NCBI GenBank assembly: GCA_965285935.1
Contig: OZ260663.1
Span: 68,014,001-68,078,000, forward strand
Direction of reading: 5' to 3'
Source of the DNA: Ophelia neglecta
Lineage: Eukaryota
DNA length: 64,000 bases
Both the position numbers and the translations under genes were made by a program. Under the pieces are notes generated by a model. That model made no database searches and had not been told where the DNA came from. It saw nothing but the letters and a program-made list of their open reading frames with translations. Shown here one piece after another: positions 22,201-36,800 of the stretch (positions are counted from its first letter, which is position 1; each line of letters begins with the position of its first letter).

Positions 22201-25200
22201 GAACCGCTGCCCGATAAATACATATTAGACGTTTACAGGCTAAACGGAAGTGGCAGGTCTAATATCCTTACGTCAACGTGGTATGTGAGGGGAATTGGCA
22301 ACGATATTGCTGTCGGCGGGCCGATTCATTACCAGCCACAAAATATCTCGTCTTAGGATCCCAAATATCTAAGGGCCGATACATCTCAGTCGAAAGAACC
22401 GGTTGTAGCCCTCTGTATCGGTGAGCTTGAGGTCTAAACAGGATTTGTTCATCCCCAATGAGTTTTTTCGATGTAACGCCGGTATCACCCAGCCGGTCGA
22501 TCATGCCTTTCTATAATACCTCCATATTCATAGAACAAACAGGCTATTAGGGGACAAGGAACACCCATACGTCTTAAGATTCTATGCTCATGCTTTAACC
22601 ATTCATCATAAAGCCCCCCCCCCTCCGTTTTCCGGCCTATATACTTCAGTTAATATATATATAAATTTCGTTTGGCATGCTTCCAGGCGGATTCGGTCAG
22701 GCTATTAGGGCTAAGCAGGACATAACACACTTACGTATGTAATTTCGCTGAATGCCGGGTTTATTTGAGTCTATATTGTGTTATCCCAAAATGGATGTTA
22801 GATTAAGAGTTACAGGCAGTTAAAGACGCGTTGCCGAAGTCAAATCGACTTTACTTTGCAATATTCCTGCATTAGGATAAATGGAAACGACCCTGAGCTT
22901 TTCGAGTCACTTCATGAAGCCGAGGTGAAGTCTCAAGTATAAATTGCTTCATTGCTCACTCACCAATAGCCGTTCTGTATCATTAGATTGAACACCTTCG
23001 GGATTCCAGCTCGACTGTCGTAAATTTCTCGGCTTATGTTTGCTCTTTCTACTTACTGAGCTATTCAGCGTCTTCCCTCAGAGGGACACGCCCTACGCCG
23101 GCTAATTTGTTTAGATCGTGGCTGATTCCCATCTGATTTCGGCCGGCCCATTGTTTAAAATGGCACTAATGTAGAATGATCTCTCCCACTTGTTCTCTTA
23201 CCCAACATAGGACAACTAGCGGCCCTGATGAACATCCCCTCGAGGTCGGTGATCGTGCTCGACAAAACTGTATTGCCTTCCACACTCAGTTCTGATAAAT
23301 TCCTACATGCGCTACGAATTCCCCACGAGACAGTCTGTTATTCGATACGTTATAAGGGTGTGTCTAATTTTTTTTACCGCGTGGCAGTATCAACTTTTAA
23401 TATTGCCTGGGACCATCCCTCTAAATGGTCTAATGTCAACCGGTCCTTGTTACACATCTTAACCGTAAGTGTCATATTATCCCCACTTTTTTTGGCTGAT
23501 TTGTTGGCATGATTCATTGGAAAAGTACTTAGCAGATGATTGAGAAGAGGGAACACCGTTGAGTGGTTTTTTTTTATAGATAATACGTGATAATTTGCAC
23601 GGTTTGTGTATAGAATATCACGATTAATATTTCCGCTTCGAACAAGTTCTGGCTTGCACCTGTTATGCTCAATTTTCCTATTATCGCCTAGATGGATATA
23701 GCGACAGTAGATGACATGACCCGAACGTAAAACTACCATTAACCCATGTCATATATCAACTTTGTTTAGTGTTGCAATTTGTAGAGCTGTAAACTAGGTT
23801 TTTAGCTGTCACTGATAAATCTAAGAGTGTGTTTTGTTCTCCTCGATGTCCGACACTGGGAAGAATTCGTGTTCTATTGAGATAAGTTCTTTTTGCCGTA
23901 CATGTAGGGCTGCCGGGAAAACGACATCTAATTTAGTCCTATCGTTTGCTTATTTTCATGTATAGGCCTTTATATCTATAAATTACGAAAATTTTGCATC
24001 CTGATCTTAAGTTCAGTTTGGCAGTATCCCAAAGACTTCCTACAAAGAAATATTTGCATGTGTAATGACTTTGTTTGTGCATTTTCTTTTCTTTTTTTGT
24101 ACACATCCCTAAATAGTAAATTAACACAAATCCTTAACAAAAGAAAAGCAATCATATAAAGGCAAAACCTGGAAAACAAACTTCAGAAATGAAATTATAG
24201 GTGTCGGTTTAGGGACACATATTTTCCTACTATGCATGTACATGGCAACCGTTATATGAACCGTTTACAGCCGGATTTCTGTCCTTTTGCAAGAAATGGA
24301 CCTGTTTCGGATATCTCCAGATATCAGTTAGTCAATATAAAGTGTTTACCCCTCGTGTTACAGTAGGCCCATCTAGCATATTTCATAGCCAAAACCTGCT
24401 AATCAGGGCAAGAAGTGAATGATTACATTTGTGGACAATTACCTTCAGGCAGTTAGAAAGTTTATTTGAAATTTCAGGGATACATGTATGGAATAAATTT
24501 CGATCATTGTAACATAAACATTGCCAATCATGTCTTTAAGGTTGGGTGAAAAAAAAGTGGCTCAATTTTTGGCGCTTGTTAATTTTACGTGGGTCTAATG
24601 CTATGACATACTACTTTACATATGGGGTCCACCTTATAACGATACATTGCATAAACTCCTTTAATGATATTCGAATTCTGGAAGAAAATTAGTGTCACAT
24701 GCAACACTATGCTTGTTTTCATCCTTGTGTCCAGGGCACCTCGTGTATTAGTTTTTCTTGCTCTCCTACGGATGTGCGCGATTTTATTCCCATAGTTCTA
24801 CTTGAGTTACTTAATTAATCGTTCGTCGTTTCCTTTAATTCCCATATCACCTCTATTAAATTGCATTTTCCCTATCTGCTCTCTGGATCACCCCTTGACA
24901 ACCATCCCATCCAGAATCGGTCAGTTTTCCAATATGATTAAACTATATCACTATTATGGGTGCAGGTTAGACCAGGAGTGGCTTGGCACCACTGTTAATC
25001 CACATTCTGTCGCGTGTACCTGAACAGGACAGCCTCCCTCAAATGACTGTATTTGCCGAATGATTTCCAGGTCGTTCAGCTAAACTAATCACCAATGTCT
25101 TAGATGGGAAACCAACGACATTTTCATACAGTCTAGCAACAGTGTGTTAAATTTCCTATGCTGGCAAGGCAATATGGCCGCACCAAGGCAAAAATATTGC

Positions 25201-28200
25201 AGACTGTGGTGTAGGTCATATTCGATAGAAATTGGTGTATTCTCAACGTTTAACTGTATTTTAGACCTTAAATGCTTCTGGTAAATTTGATAACCAAGGT
25301 ACATTAATGATAATAACAATAACAACAATGTGTATTGCAATCCGCAATCCTCACTGTATTCATACAGTCAAATAACGTAAGGAGTAAACGTAGTAAAATA
25401 GTCTAAAATAATAAGTAGTAGAAAATGCCAATGAATGATTAAACGAGGGTGATAATTGAAGTGAAGCTAAAAATTCAGCAAATAATGGTAGCGAAGGGGC
25501 CCTAAAAGGGAAATCATTCGTATGAATCTCTTGAATAATAAATAAAGGCGTGTCAAATTTTGGCCAAAATATTCCCCCAAGCCTCTGACCAATAAAAAAG
25601 GTATGGGTATACAAATTAATAATACGGGAATACTGCGTTTTATAATATCCCAAGGCCTCTTTAAATTTTCTTTAATACACTGGCTACATGGTTTTTCCAA
25701 GACAAAGCAGAATCCAGTTGTAGCCCAAGAAATTCAGTGCATTCAACAGCGAAATGCACTTTCTCTTTATAACATATTTTGTTTTGCCTAATGGGGATCC
25801 AATCCTGTTTTCCGTGGCGTTATTAGAGCCAACTTACCTCAGGGAATCAGTGTCTGTTTGTTTGTTCAGGAACAATTCTCTGATTAAAGTATCAGATTCA
25901 AAATAAATGTACGTAAATATAGCAAAACCTACAGCAAATTATGTATATAAAATGCATCGTTATTGCAAAGCACCTGTTAGAAAATTGTATCTTGCTCATA
26001 AAAAGTAAATCGAGTTAAGTTTCAATCTTAAATTGTGCGACGGATAAAAAAACCCAATACATTTTTGCAAGCACATTGTGCAATTCATTTATTATTAAAT
26101 CCTCGGAATGGAAAACCGACAATCAAAACCATCTCTTTGTTGAATATAAACTCGATAAAAAGTCAAAAACGTACAAAGGTCCGTTAGCCGGGAACCTTTA
26201 CGATTTCGATTAAACAGAGACACAATATGTGTGCCTCGTGTTACGATTAGAAGAAAAGCACAATTTCTAAGATTTAAGACAAACGCTTATCTCCAGTCAA
26301 TGGTCAGTGCTTGATGATAAATACTCTATTGAATAGTCTTCACTATATAGAAAATAGATATTGTTCATTGCAACCATGACCGGAAGAAAAATCAGGATAG
26401 AGAAAGAAAGAGGCGATAAATTAAAAGTTTGTCGTCTTTAACAAAATTGCTCCTTTTTTCATGGGGTTTGGCGGACACAGACACAACTGAGGAAAAATCT
26501 AATTGTTTTTATGCTTTAATCAATGCCAAGTGATATTTCCGCGAATATGTATTTGAAAATCTTGGATGATTTAGCCTTTAAATAAATTACTCTACATATG
26601 TTATTTCCAAACAAAACAATAAAGCCTTTAATAAATATGGACATAAAAGTATTTAAACCCATTAGCCCAAACAATTTTCCGACTATAGATATATCAATGC
26701 TTACACATATATTTTTAATGGACTGTCCTGATTAACAAAACTGCTTTGTCTGAAGGGTATTCACTCCCGTTTGTAGCATAAAATGTTTGATGTTCACCAA
26801 GAACTGCTTCTCTCCAAGGGGAAATGGGAGATTGGAATTGGTGCTTGTCGATTTCGACCTTTTGAACGGCCCACGAAGAATTCATCAACACTGAATAAAA
26901 TGCCACAAGAAAAGACAGAAACTAAATTATAATGAATCAGTCTCCCGCTGAGCACTGTAGTAGTCTTTCTTCATTTTAGTATCGGCAGCCTTTAACATTT
27001 TAACCCCGGTCCCTATGGTGCCTTATATTCCAGGAAAGTATATTTCAAGCATTTATATAAAAAAAAGGACGGCTACTGGAGGCTTCGAAGAATTTATCAC
27101 GTACTGACAAATCCTTACCGCCTACACCCTCCCCTCCCCTCCAGCGGAGAAGTTAAATGGAAACATCTAGGACGAATCCCAATCATAATATTTTAGACGT
27201 TTATGGAATATCAAGAAAAACACGTTACTATGTTTATGTGGACTATTTGTTTTAACTGAATATTAGTTTTTTTAGAGTATTATAGATATTATTATATAAT
27301 CCATATTATTATTCAGTAATTTATACAGGCATATTGAGTATTCATTTAAAAGTACACAAGATCATTAATTTTATAGATAACAATATAGTATTTAATTTGT
27401 ACTGCTCTTTCTTAGTCACATACCTCCATTATTGTCTAGAGTTTTTTTGGCAAATCATACCCTTCCGAAAAGGAGACAAGCTTTTGCATGGGCTGCTACC
27501 AAGAAATACTTCGTCATTGTTCAATTTTGCCATAAACAGTAACAATCATGGTTCTAGACAGGGCAGGCCGAGACATTGCATGTCCCTTTTGTGAAAAACC
27601 AATATCCTGAGGCGTGGTGAGATTTACTCGGGTACATTGGCTTACAAGTGTCTCTCTAAGGTTTTAGCATATAACCCCTCTATACATTTCCTGAAGGGCT
27701 GTTGAAGCGGCATTTCATGAAGTCTGTCTCCAATGCCACTTAATCGTAGGTTTAGGGACCAATTGTTATTGTGTTTTGTTGGACCAATGTGTGCCTACTG
27801 TGATATTTTATTTTTCGCCAAAGTTCCACTAGGGCTTTAGTTGTTGTAATTTGCTTCTTTAAAAATATAATACCTATGTATTCCTTGTCTGGCGCGTATT
27901 TGCACTGCAAGCCATCATAGGGTATAGAGGGGAGGTTAGGGGGGTCCGCGTTCCAAGTTCCCAGATTGAAAAATGGGCAAATACCAAATCACGGATGTTT
28001 AAAGTCTGCATTTTTTTCATGCCTTTACGGATAAGGTATTTCCCGCATCCCGATAGGTTGAAATAGTGATTCCCTAGTCACGGAAAATTAAACAGAACAT
28101 TCCCAGGTCACAGTAATTGAAAATCCTTAATCCCGTATCACAGACAATTGTCGAATTCCGATTCACAAGAAATTAAACCTTAAATTCCCAGTTCACGAAT

Positions 28201-31200
28201 AATTAGATAGGCCGATCTTAATGGTCGGCAATACCCCTTACCCCCCTCCTGTATAAATACGTTTACCTTTGGGGGCTATAAGCTCCGACTCCTGCCTCTA
28301 ATTTTTTCAAGTTAATTATCTCTTTTTAACAAGATCGCATTGACAATCAATTCCTGCTTTTTTTTCACATGTTCTACTTAACATTAATATTTAAGTTTTC
28401 ATATGTAACTTTTATTTTGTTTTGTCTCTCATTTGTTTGCTTGTTATTGTTTTGGTGGCAATAAACTTTATTTTATAAAAACAAATATATATAGGGTTAT
28501 ACCACCTCAAACAGCATGCATATATGCAATTATCTTTTCTTACGCAGGTGTACAGGAGTACTGCCAACCAGAGGTCTTCGAAGCTACTTGTGGGAATGGT
28601 CAGGTGATTTTGATGGAGTCTGCGCGTTACGGCCGGATGCAGGTCGGCAGATGTGTCAAACAAGACTACGGTCATGTTGGTTGCTCAATGGACGCTCTGT
28701 CTTACATGGACTCCGCATGCTCGGGTGCCAAGACGTGCCAATTCAGAATATACGACTCCAAACTACGGCAGACATTAAATCCATGTCCCGAGGACATAGC
28801 CTCTTACCTAGAAGCCAGTTATATGTGCCAAGATGGTAAAATATTGAGCTCGTTTCATTCGTTTCCCTTTACTTTCGGCTTATACATGAAAAGTTCATAA
28901 ATAATAATGTGTTCTATTTAAGAACAATTTAAATGCTTCATGATATGATCAATAGTAGTAAAATATGGAAGAACGCATTAGATATTAACTCAACGGACTG
29001 CAATGTGTGTCATTGTGATTGTAATAATGAAAATGTTCTAGAGTGATCTATGTTGCCACATGTTATGGTGGCATATTTGCCAATTCGTTGTCAGTGTTCG
29101 ATTTGACAATTATTTTGTTATTTGTACAGTGACAACAGCTCAGAGAGCACAGTGTGACGTCATGAAGTATCTAAAAGTAACTAGGTCCACGGGCCTCCTG
29201 GCGAGCATTGAGGCGGAGGAAAATGGGTTCGGAACTGTCCAATGCCCGTGGATATTGCATGGAAACCCGGGGCAAACCATCATGCTTAGCCTGCTCAACT
29301 TTGCACAGAGACCAGAGCATGTAGCCCACAAGTCAGGATGCTACGAACTGGCAGTGATTTACGAAGGCTCCGAATCTCGTAGTATAACAACATGCGATGG
29401 ACAAAGGCAGGAGTCCCTAGTTTATCAAGCTATCAGCAACGAGGTCCGCATCCAGATGGTCAGCAAATCAGCCCTGAAAACGCTAGGGAAGTTCTTGATC
29501 AAATACAAAGGTTAGTACATCTTTAGGGCGCTCTGTCCCTTGAGCTGTGTACTCCGTTTCTCTTCCGAAAGATGTTTAGGAAGCTCGTTAAGAAGATAGG
29601 CCTATATTTATTTAGCAGTGATTTGTTTTATGATAAAGTCTTTACACTCACAAGTTTTCCAAATCAAAATTGGCATCTACAGGTATATCTGTTGAACAAG
29701 TGGTATTACCTGTTAAAAAGTTCCTAAACACGTCATCTGTCAGTATCTAACGGAAATCACCAAATGATTCGTACTGGTACTGATAAATATCCTTCAAATT
29801 AACATGTAGCTCTAGTATGATTATTAAACACATCCACAGTTTCCGGGTGTTCTAACATCCGGGCCCCTGCGAACGCCACGCTGCAGAGAGAAGACGACAA
29901 CCTGGTGGTGAAATGCAACAATTCCGACCAAACGTGGTACCTTGTCTGTAAAGGGAACAAATGGCTGGGAGAACTTGGGAATTGTAGCGCTGCTGGTAAG
30001 ATAGAAAGCACCAGTAGCCGCTTTTGGCTACTGTAAGAGAACAATAACTCATTGTCTAATTTAACATCACCAACCGCGTTTGGACATTTCCCCGGGCAAA
30101 CGACGCGCAGCAGTATGCTTTTGACAAAGGTACCCGGGCAAAAGTACCAGGCAGCCTGAAAGTACGTGTAAATAAAGCATGGAAGCAACCGATGACGATA
30201 CATTATTTACCATCAGGCCTGTCTTGCCTTTATACGCCAGCCTGTCGGACATAGCCCAGAAATATAATCCCTGGCTGTTTTCTAAATAACAGGAATACTG
30301 AAAACCCTGTTAGTACTAGACTAACCGTTTTCTCCGAAAATGAGCACATCCCTGGAAGTTTTAAATTTTACTAGACAAACATCGCTAACATATATTAAGT
30401 AAACCTGACAGTCGCGAGACCCGACAGCGGCATTTAGCAGCACCGCAATAAATACTCAGATAGTTAGCAGCAGACGACAGGTATGGCATAACTCTATATC
30501 TGAAACAATGAGAACATCATAAAACACTAATGTTTGGACACATTTCTAGTTGGGGATTATTGAAACCCAGGGAAATGCCTTTGTTATGATGCACTGTCAA
30601 CGGGTGTGCATCAGCCATTTTCCGGCTATCTTCTTTGACAACCACTAAGAATGCATTAACCCGACATTTATCATCTATGACGTGGTAAGACCGCTGCGGT
30701 CAAGGCATTTGACTCGAATACAATGTACTCCCACCCTCAATAAATCATATGCTGGCGGCAAATGAGATCCTTAAATCAAATAGTTCTCATTACATTGGCT
30801 AGCGCACGATTCCGGGATTTCAACGTGGATAAGGTTATTAGTCTGCATGGTCCAGCCATGTTCTGCATCTAAAACGCACTGTTCTTCATATTTACGACAG
30901 TAGCTCATTTAAGCTTATAAATCGAGTCTTTTACATAATAGGTATGTGCTCTTTGGGCAATGTACCGCATTAACTTGTCCCATTAATTCGTTCAAAGTCA
31001 ACTTCCAATGAGTACCTGTAATAATGGCTATGACGTGTTTCTTTCGGGTTTTTACTAGGAAATACATTGATTGTAACATATTCAGTGTATACTACTCAGT
31101 TGGAAAGACTTCCATTTTGAGTTGTTATTCATATATGCGCATTGCACTGTGCCTATATAGTCTTATTGGATTCATAATCTTTGAGGTGACAAGTTATTTC

Positions 31201-33845
31201 ATATTTATTTTAGAGATTGGCAAGCAATGGAAGCTGGGACAGATTTTTTCAAACGACTCGTTCCCATATGGCAAGTATACAGCTTTATATTCCAAACGTC
31301 GGATCAGTCCGAAAATAGTGTATTGTATGAGGGGGTAGGGGTGGCACTATACTAAGGAGTAGATAGAACTTATATTTCAACATATCATTCACTCTCACGG
31401 CATAAAGATAATACTAACTAAACAGTAAAAAGTTCTAAGCGCCTGGAGCTTTACAGGAGACGCAGGACGGCGTCACCCGCGATCGAGCAGTGTCGTTTGG
31501 TAGGCCCTATTGACCTAGAGTCTGAGTGATATCAAGTCGTACTTCTAGTGTGCTTGAATTACCTGTTTCAATTTTATGTTGCATTTTTTTCAGGTTTAAG
31601 CACTGTAAGCCTTAAAACGGAAAAATTTACTTAAATATATTTGCTTCCAAGTCTTAAACATCTGTCATTATTAATATCTTGAAAACTAGTTTGGTGATCT
31701 TTTGTTTTCTTTCTTTGTTCAGAAGATAACGTGATAGCAATAACAACTGGTTGTTTTACATTAAAAGAGGCCAAAAGAGCAAACCTTTTTGTTTATCCAA
31801 ACCATAACGTTAGAAGCCAAAGCCGAAAAATGTTGGCCCTATGTTATCCCCGAATATGCAATAAAAATTTCAAAATTATATATATATATTTTTTTTTCGT
31901 GTTAAAAATATTGAATTTCGGGAAATAAGCCAACGTTTGTTTAAAAAAATTAACACATGTTTCCTCCGATTTAAATATTCTTGATATGCTAACATTGAAA
32001 CCCCCATGGGTGGAAAATCATCCTAAAGTCATATTTAAGAGATAAATTATTTTCATACATTGCATAGTGTACTGCTCGCGAGCAAGAATTGAGTTACGAC
32101 GGTCACATTCCTTGTGAGGTTTATCAGATGACTGTTAAAGGTTTCAGATGAAGTGAAAAAACGCAAATGATGGCACGTGAAGGATACTTTTACAGAATAA
32201 TAGGAGACGTGTAAAAGCCTATTTTCCCCATAACAATTTTTTTTCATCAATCATGTTACGCGCGTTAACGTAATCCAAATCTTTGCCCCTATATTTTCTT
32301 TAACGGATTGACCACCCTGGTTCATCTGGGTATTTAGTGCCATACACTGTTACATTCAATTTATCAACAAATCTCTAAATATAATGTGTGTAACAAATAC
32401 AATTATTAGAATAATCAAGAGCAGTGGGACAGATAAAATATGGCTGTGCCCTAGTAACTTGCGTTTTGGTGGCGTTTATGATACCATATGGTGGGTTATT
32501 TGGCCTGTGACACAATATTACATCCAATTCTCCAGGTATACATTTCTTTTTCCTAAGGCCTTCGGTTGATCTGATAATGTCGCTGACATTTAAGATATGT
32601 GGCCTACACGTAAGCTCGATTAGACTTACCATTAGGATATTAGCTAAACTTTCGTCTCAAATTAACAGCATACGTGCTTACAGCACAACATTTTGGTTTG
32701 ATTGTACAAAACGCTTTTCTTACATTTTCTAATAAATTTAAGTCCCTACCACACATGCAAAAACCAATTATTGATTAAATGTGGGAATTCTAAGCAGAAT
32801 GAGCAAACTGGACATATTTTACCGTGGAAAATAACGCTACTGGGCACCTATTCAAGGAAACCCAACATAAGACGTACAGTATAAAGCTTTTGTTGGCATT
32901 TTTTGAAAGCTAAGGCACCGACAGGTTTACATCAGGAACTATAATAATTATAGTCATTGATTATAAGGTCACCATTGGCAAAAATGGTGAATTGTGACTC
33001 TATAATCTATAATATACTATAACATACTATCTGCTTTTTAGAATCATACAACTCATCAAAAAGCAGGTGTGATCGTTTTTTTTCTTCTCTTTCCCAGGAA
33101 TTCTAATCGTAGTAGCCATTGGAGTAGCACTTGGTGTGTTCTGTGGGGGCATTCTTCTCACCTGTGCTGCCATGTATATGAAAAGGTTAGTTATCAGTTT
33201 TGCCTACAGAACAGACAGCAGACATAAGAGCCACATTACCCTGCTGTTCCTTGCAAAATTAACTTCATTCATCAAAGCATCAAGAGTCAAACATCATTTT
33301 ATCTCATTTGGTCACTGAGAAAATGTCCAATTAATTTAAACTACAAATGCCAAAAAATTTACCTAATATACGATTTTCATTATGTAATATGTATTGGTGA
33401 TTAAGCTTCAAATCCCTTCAAAGACCTTGGAAGGCTTTAATCAGAGGACCAAAGACCACTAGTGTAATCAGCTAACAGTGTTCAAAGCCCTGTGGGCATA
33501 GAATTTCAATGTTTGCATTAACCTTCATCTCTCTCTCTCTCGTCTGATGTCTGTAGGCGCAGAAAGGAGCCAAGGGACGTGGTTCACTACTCAGAAGAAC
33601 AGGAACGCTTTGCCACCATGGAGAGAGCTCGACACCAGGACCTGCTCTTTCATGAGACAACTGATGGCAAAAATGTAGTAGTATACCCTGGAAAGGAAAT
33701 CAAATGCATTGACGGCTCATGTTTACAAAACTTGGACAATGAAAAACAAATATGTGGAACATATGGTCGCACGCAAAGCATTCCGAGTGGAACTGGAACA
33801 TTTCCACCGAGACACCACTTGTACGAGACACCGAGATTCGTATGA
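12904..33845 (+). CDS. Paralogue 2: SUEL-lectin + CUB + Sushi-like type I membrane protein (about 454 aa)
   Basis: Exons 12904-13009 (putative signal exon), 28548-28835 (SUEL), 29130-29510 (CUB), 29840-29995 (Sushi-like VSGCSNIRAP...KCNNSDQTWYLVCKGNKWLGELGNCS), 31214-31270 (EIGKQWKLGQIFSNDSFPY, GC donor), 33098-33185 (TM GILIVVAIGVALGVFCGGILLTCAAMYMKR) and 33557-33845 (tail ending HLYETPRFV*). Total 1365 nt = 455 codons in one open frame. Confidence 0.88.
13174..13205. repeat. (AT)n microsatellite
   Basis: About 16 perfect AT units. Confidence 0.95.
15580..18070. repeat. 39/40-bp minisatellite array (about 63 units) in the predicted intron 1 of paralogue 2
   Basis: Consensus AGGAAGCCAGTGGTCCAGTCAGGGGTTTGTTGTCAGGTA (39 nt), with an interspersed 40-nt variant ending ...TTTTGTYATCCATTA. 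The core (16190-17930) is homogeneous and the edges are degenerate. Confidence 0.98.
27923..28255. mobile_element. Probable MITE with imperfect terminal inverted repeats and internal repeats of about 30 bp
   Basis: Left end TATAGAGGGGAGGTTAGGGGGG versus right end CCCCTTACCCCCCTCCTGTATA (imperfect reverse complements). Internally, TTCCC...TCAC...AATT units recur about 30 nt apart (28070-28205). Confidence 0.55.
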
Positions 33846-36800
33846 GCTAAATACATCTTTAGAGATCACAGACCGAATTCTCCTCCGGTGAGAAACTGGA
33901 GTTGATTAGTATATTTGGATACAGCTGTTGCGATCCTCTCCTCTGACCATAAAACTATGGGGTTCAATTCTAGTCAGTATGCTAGTTTGTCTTCAATTAA
34001 AATGTTTTCAAATGACATTATTAATCACAAGGATGTACGCATGTATATAAGCCTACTGTATTTGCCAATTGATGCCATTTCCAAAAGATAACTGTTTCTT
34101 CAACTACTCTGTATCTCGTGGTCCAATACAGAGAAATTTACAGAAGTGTTGTTCCCATTGGATACTACGTGAAAGAATTAAAAACGTTTTTTGGAATACT
34201 ACTGGTTAGTTTTCTTTTTATTTCTCGTGGGATGGAAGTTCATTATCATAAAAGGTGCAGCAAAGTATATTTTTCTGGCGTGAAAGGAGAACAAATTTTC
34301 AACGATATTGAATTAGGAGGTTTTCATAATGTTTACAAGCTTCTTTGTTCCTGCAAGGAAAAGGCACCAATGAATAGTATATAAATTCACACTAAGAGAT
34401 GTGTTTACCAATTTTTAATCAACCTGAGTGTCACCGTGTGTGTCATGAATGCAGTGCCACAAATTGGTTCCTTCAAACTACATGTATGTATGTCAAAAAA
34501 TAAATGTAATCTTTATTAATTGGTTGCAGTCATATTTCGCGTTTGATGAGAAGGGGGCAGGATTTTAGTGATATGCTTGTGAGTATGTCATGTGAATGTT
34601 TGTTCAGTAAATGTTTCATGTTCAATACTTAAAGCGCGGCATCATTCGTGGCTTCAATAAATATTCTTTGAACCTACTTGCATTAAAAAGTTCATGCTCT
34701 CGAGCTTTCAATCGTAAAATTACATTTCAATGACTTAACCTAGTTCTTGCCAACTCCTCCATGCCTATGCAATGTCACAATTTCCGACCCAGATTTGACG
34801 TCATCGCACTGTTTCTTAATAAACCAATTCGAGCGCAAGTGGTGTAGATAATTGGCATATACATGTACTTGGCCTGTCTAACCCAGATAAATACGATAAC
34901 GAACGCTATTTTCCATTTTCTTTGGCAATTATACTATGTTTTCAGAAGTGAAACTACATGAAGATTTAGTAGTACCGCGATCGTAAATTATTATGCCATT
35001 TAAGATGAGTTCAATGTAGTCCTATACTCGGGCGAAATTTTCCCGCGAAAACATAACTCTAACGCTTTAGCGGAGCGTCTCTTCAGTACATATGCCTGCT
35101 ACATCTGTGCTATTTTTCTGCTATTGCTATCCTTTTTTTTTATTCTATAAATATAGTGCGAGACTTGAAGGAGTCCATGTCTCCAATTTTCTTGTCGGTA
35201 TATGGTTTGAATAGATATAAACGTTTAGGCGCCATATGCATTAGCCTCGTATATGTGTGTCATTGATAGGTACGTCAGCATTAAAATTATCTGTTTACCC
35301 ATGATTGTCAGGAACAGCTACATGGTAATTACCCATATTTCAATATAATTATTTTCATCAGTGACACTGAAGATAGACATGATAGATAAGAATTGGCATG
35401 CAATCGTGGCACTACTAGTTAATCAAATAAGTAAAAAAAAAGATATGTGCAATTCTGAACTGATCAGTCAGTAGCGGGTTTAGGATGGGGGCATGCAGGG
35501 GACCCGTCCCCCTCCCCTTTTGCCAAAAAGTGGGCCCGGACCAGGGCCTATTTCCGGACCTACGCAAGGTGGTTTCAGAGGGTTGGTACCGGGGACAATC
35601 CAGACATTGGCCTTGTCAAGTTTAAGAAAATTTGGGGCCCCCAAAGGTAAGACTCAGGGAAACTGCCCGGCGTATGTGGCCATGGACCTTGGCGATCAAA
35701 TAAAAAACAGCGCTAATGTGAGCTCTGCCATCAACATGTCCGTGGTGTTATAAAAGACCATTTTGAATAATGTAATCTTAGTTATCATAGCCAACTAACA
35801 TAAGGGTAATTAAAAACGGCAAGACATGTGTAAGGCAGCTCGCATATACAGTATCAGATATATAATTAAATTAAAATAACAAATTTGTTCATTTATTTCA
35901 CATCCGCTTACCGGAGCATCAAACAATGTATACGACATGTGCAACAAAAACATAATGAAGAAGGTTATAAGTGCCAAAGTCAGCTTCGATAAGTGAATAC
36001 AATGGATATCGTGAATTTTTGCTATAATGTCGCTACAAAATATTAAATGAGCCACCCAAATTTATAACGCCAATGAATTTCACCATCACATAATTATACG
36101 CGTTTTCTTTACAATAAAGAAGTGAGCGACTTCAAAATCCGATACGAGAGGGGCATGTGAGTCTGAAAACTACATATATACGTAAATACAATAGGGAATA
36201 ACTTACTGACCACTAGCATGAATTCTAGCCATTTTTTTGCCTTTTGTTCTAAAATACAGAACCTCTGCATGACCACTGCACTCCGCCTTGGACTGTGACC
36301 TTATATGGTACCTCTGACCGAGGCTGCAGCAGGCGTCATTCGCCACGTAATTCCTTTCGATTTCAGGATAAACAGGGAGCCTCTCGGCTTCCGTATCCGC
36401 GCAGGAGAGCCTCAAGGCTGTCTCCTGGTTGCTTACAGACTGGGCAATAGTCATGTGAATCGTCCACAACGTGCCTTGCTGCGGGCTCTGAAAAGTCGGA
36501 CGTGTTTGTTATTAGTCTCGTGACCATCTAGGCCCCATTCTTTGATGCCTGGTGCTGGCCTTGGATCACATAACCACTATTTGTCTTTGGGGCATATTTC
36601 TCTGAGTGTAAAGGTTTAGGCTGTCATATGTGAGACAAGTTTCTACTCTTGATGGTCGGTGACGAGCAACTTTGTGTGGTTCGCCCAGCTGGGCTTTGTT
36701 ACAGTAGTAACCATGTGAAGCCAGCTCTTGAGGGTGTCAGCGAGAGAGTACTTGCGGAAGCTCTTAACCATCACTGCGCTTTGACTGTTTCGAGGTAGAG

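Noticed and set aside
28548-33845. Assigning a gene symbol such as EVA1C/eva-1, latrophilin or neuropilin
   Set aside because: The architecture does not match: EVA-1 has two lectin domains and no CUB, latrophilin is a 7TM receptor, and neuropilin has FA58C and MAM domains.
35468-35690. GC-rich patch starting CAGTAGCGGGTTTAGGATGGGGGC, and a similar GC-rich patch at about 53740-54070, resembling MITE ends
   Set aside because: No matching inverted terminus or target-site duplication could be identified by eye.
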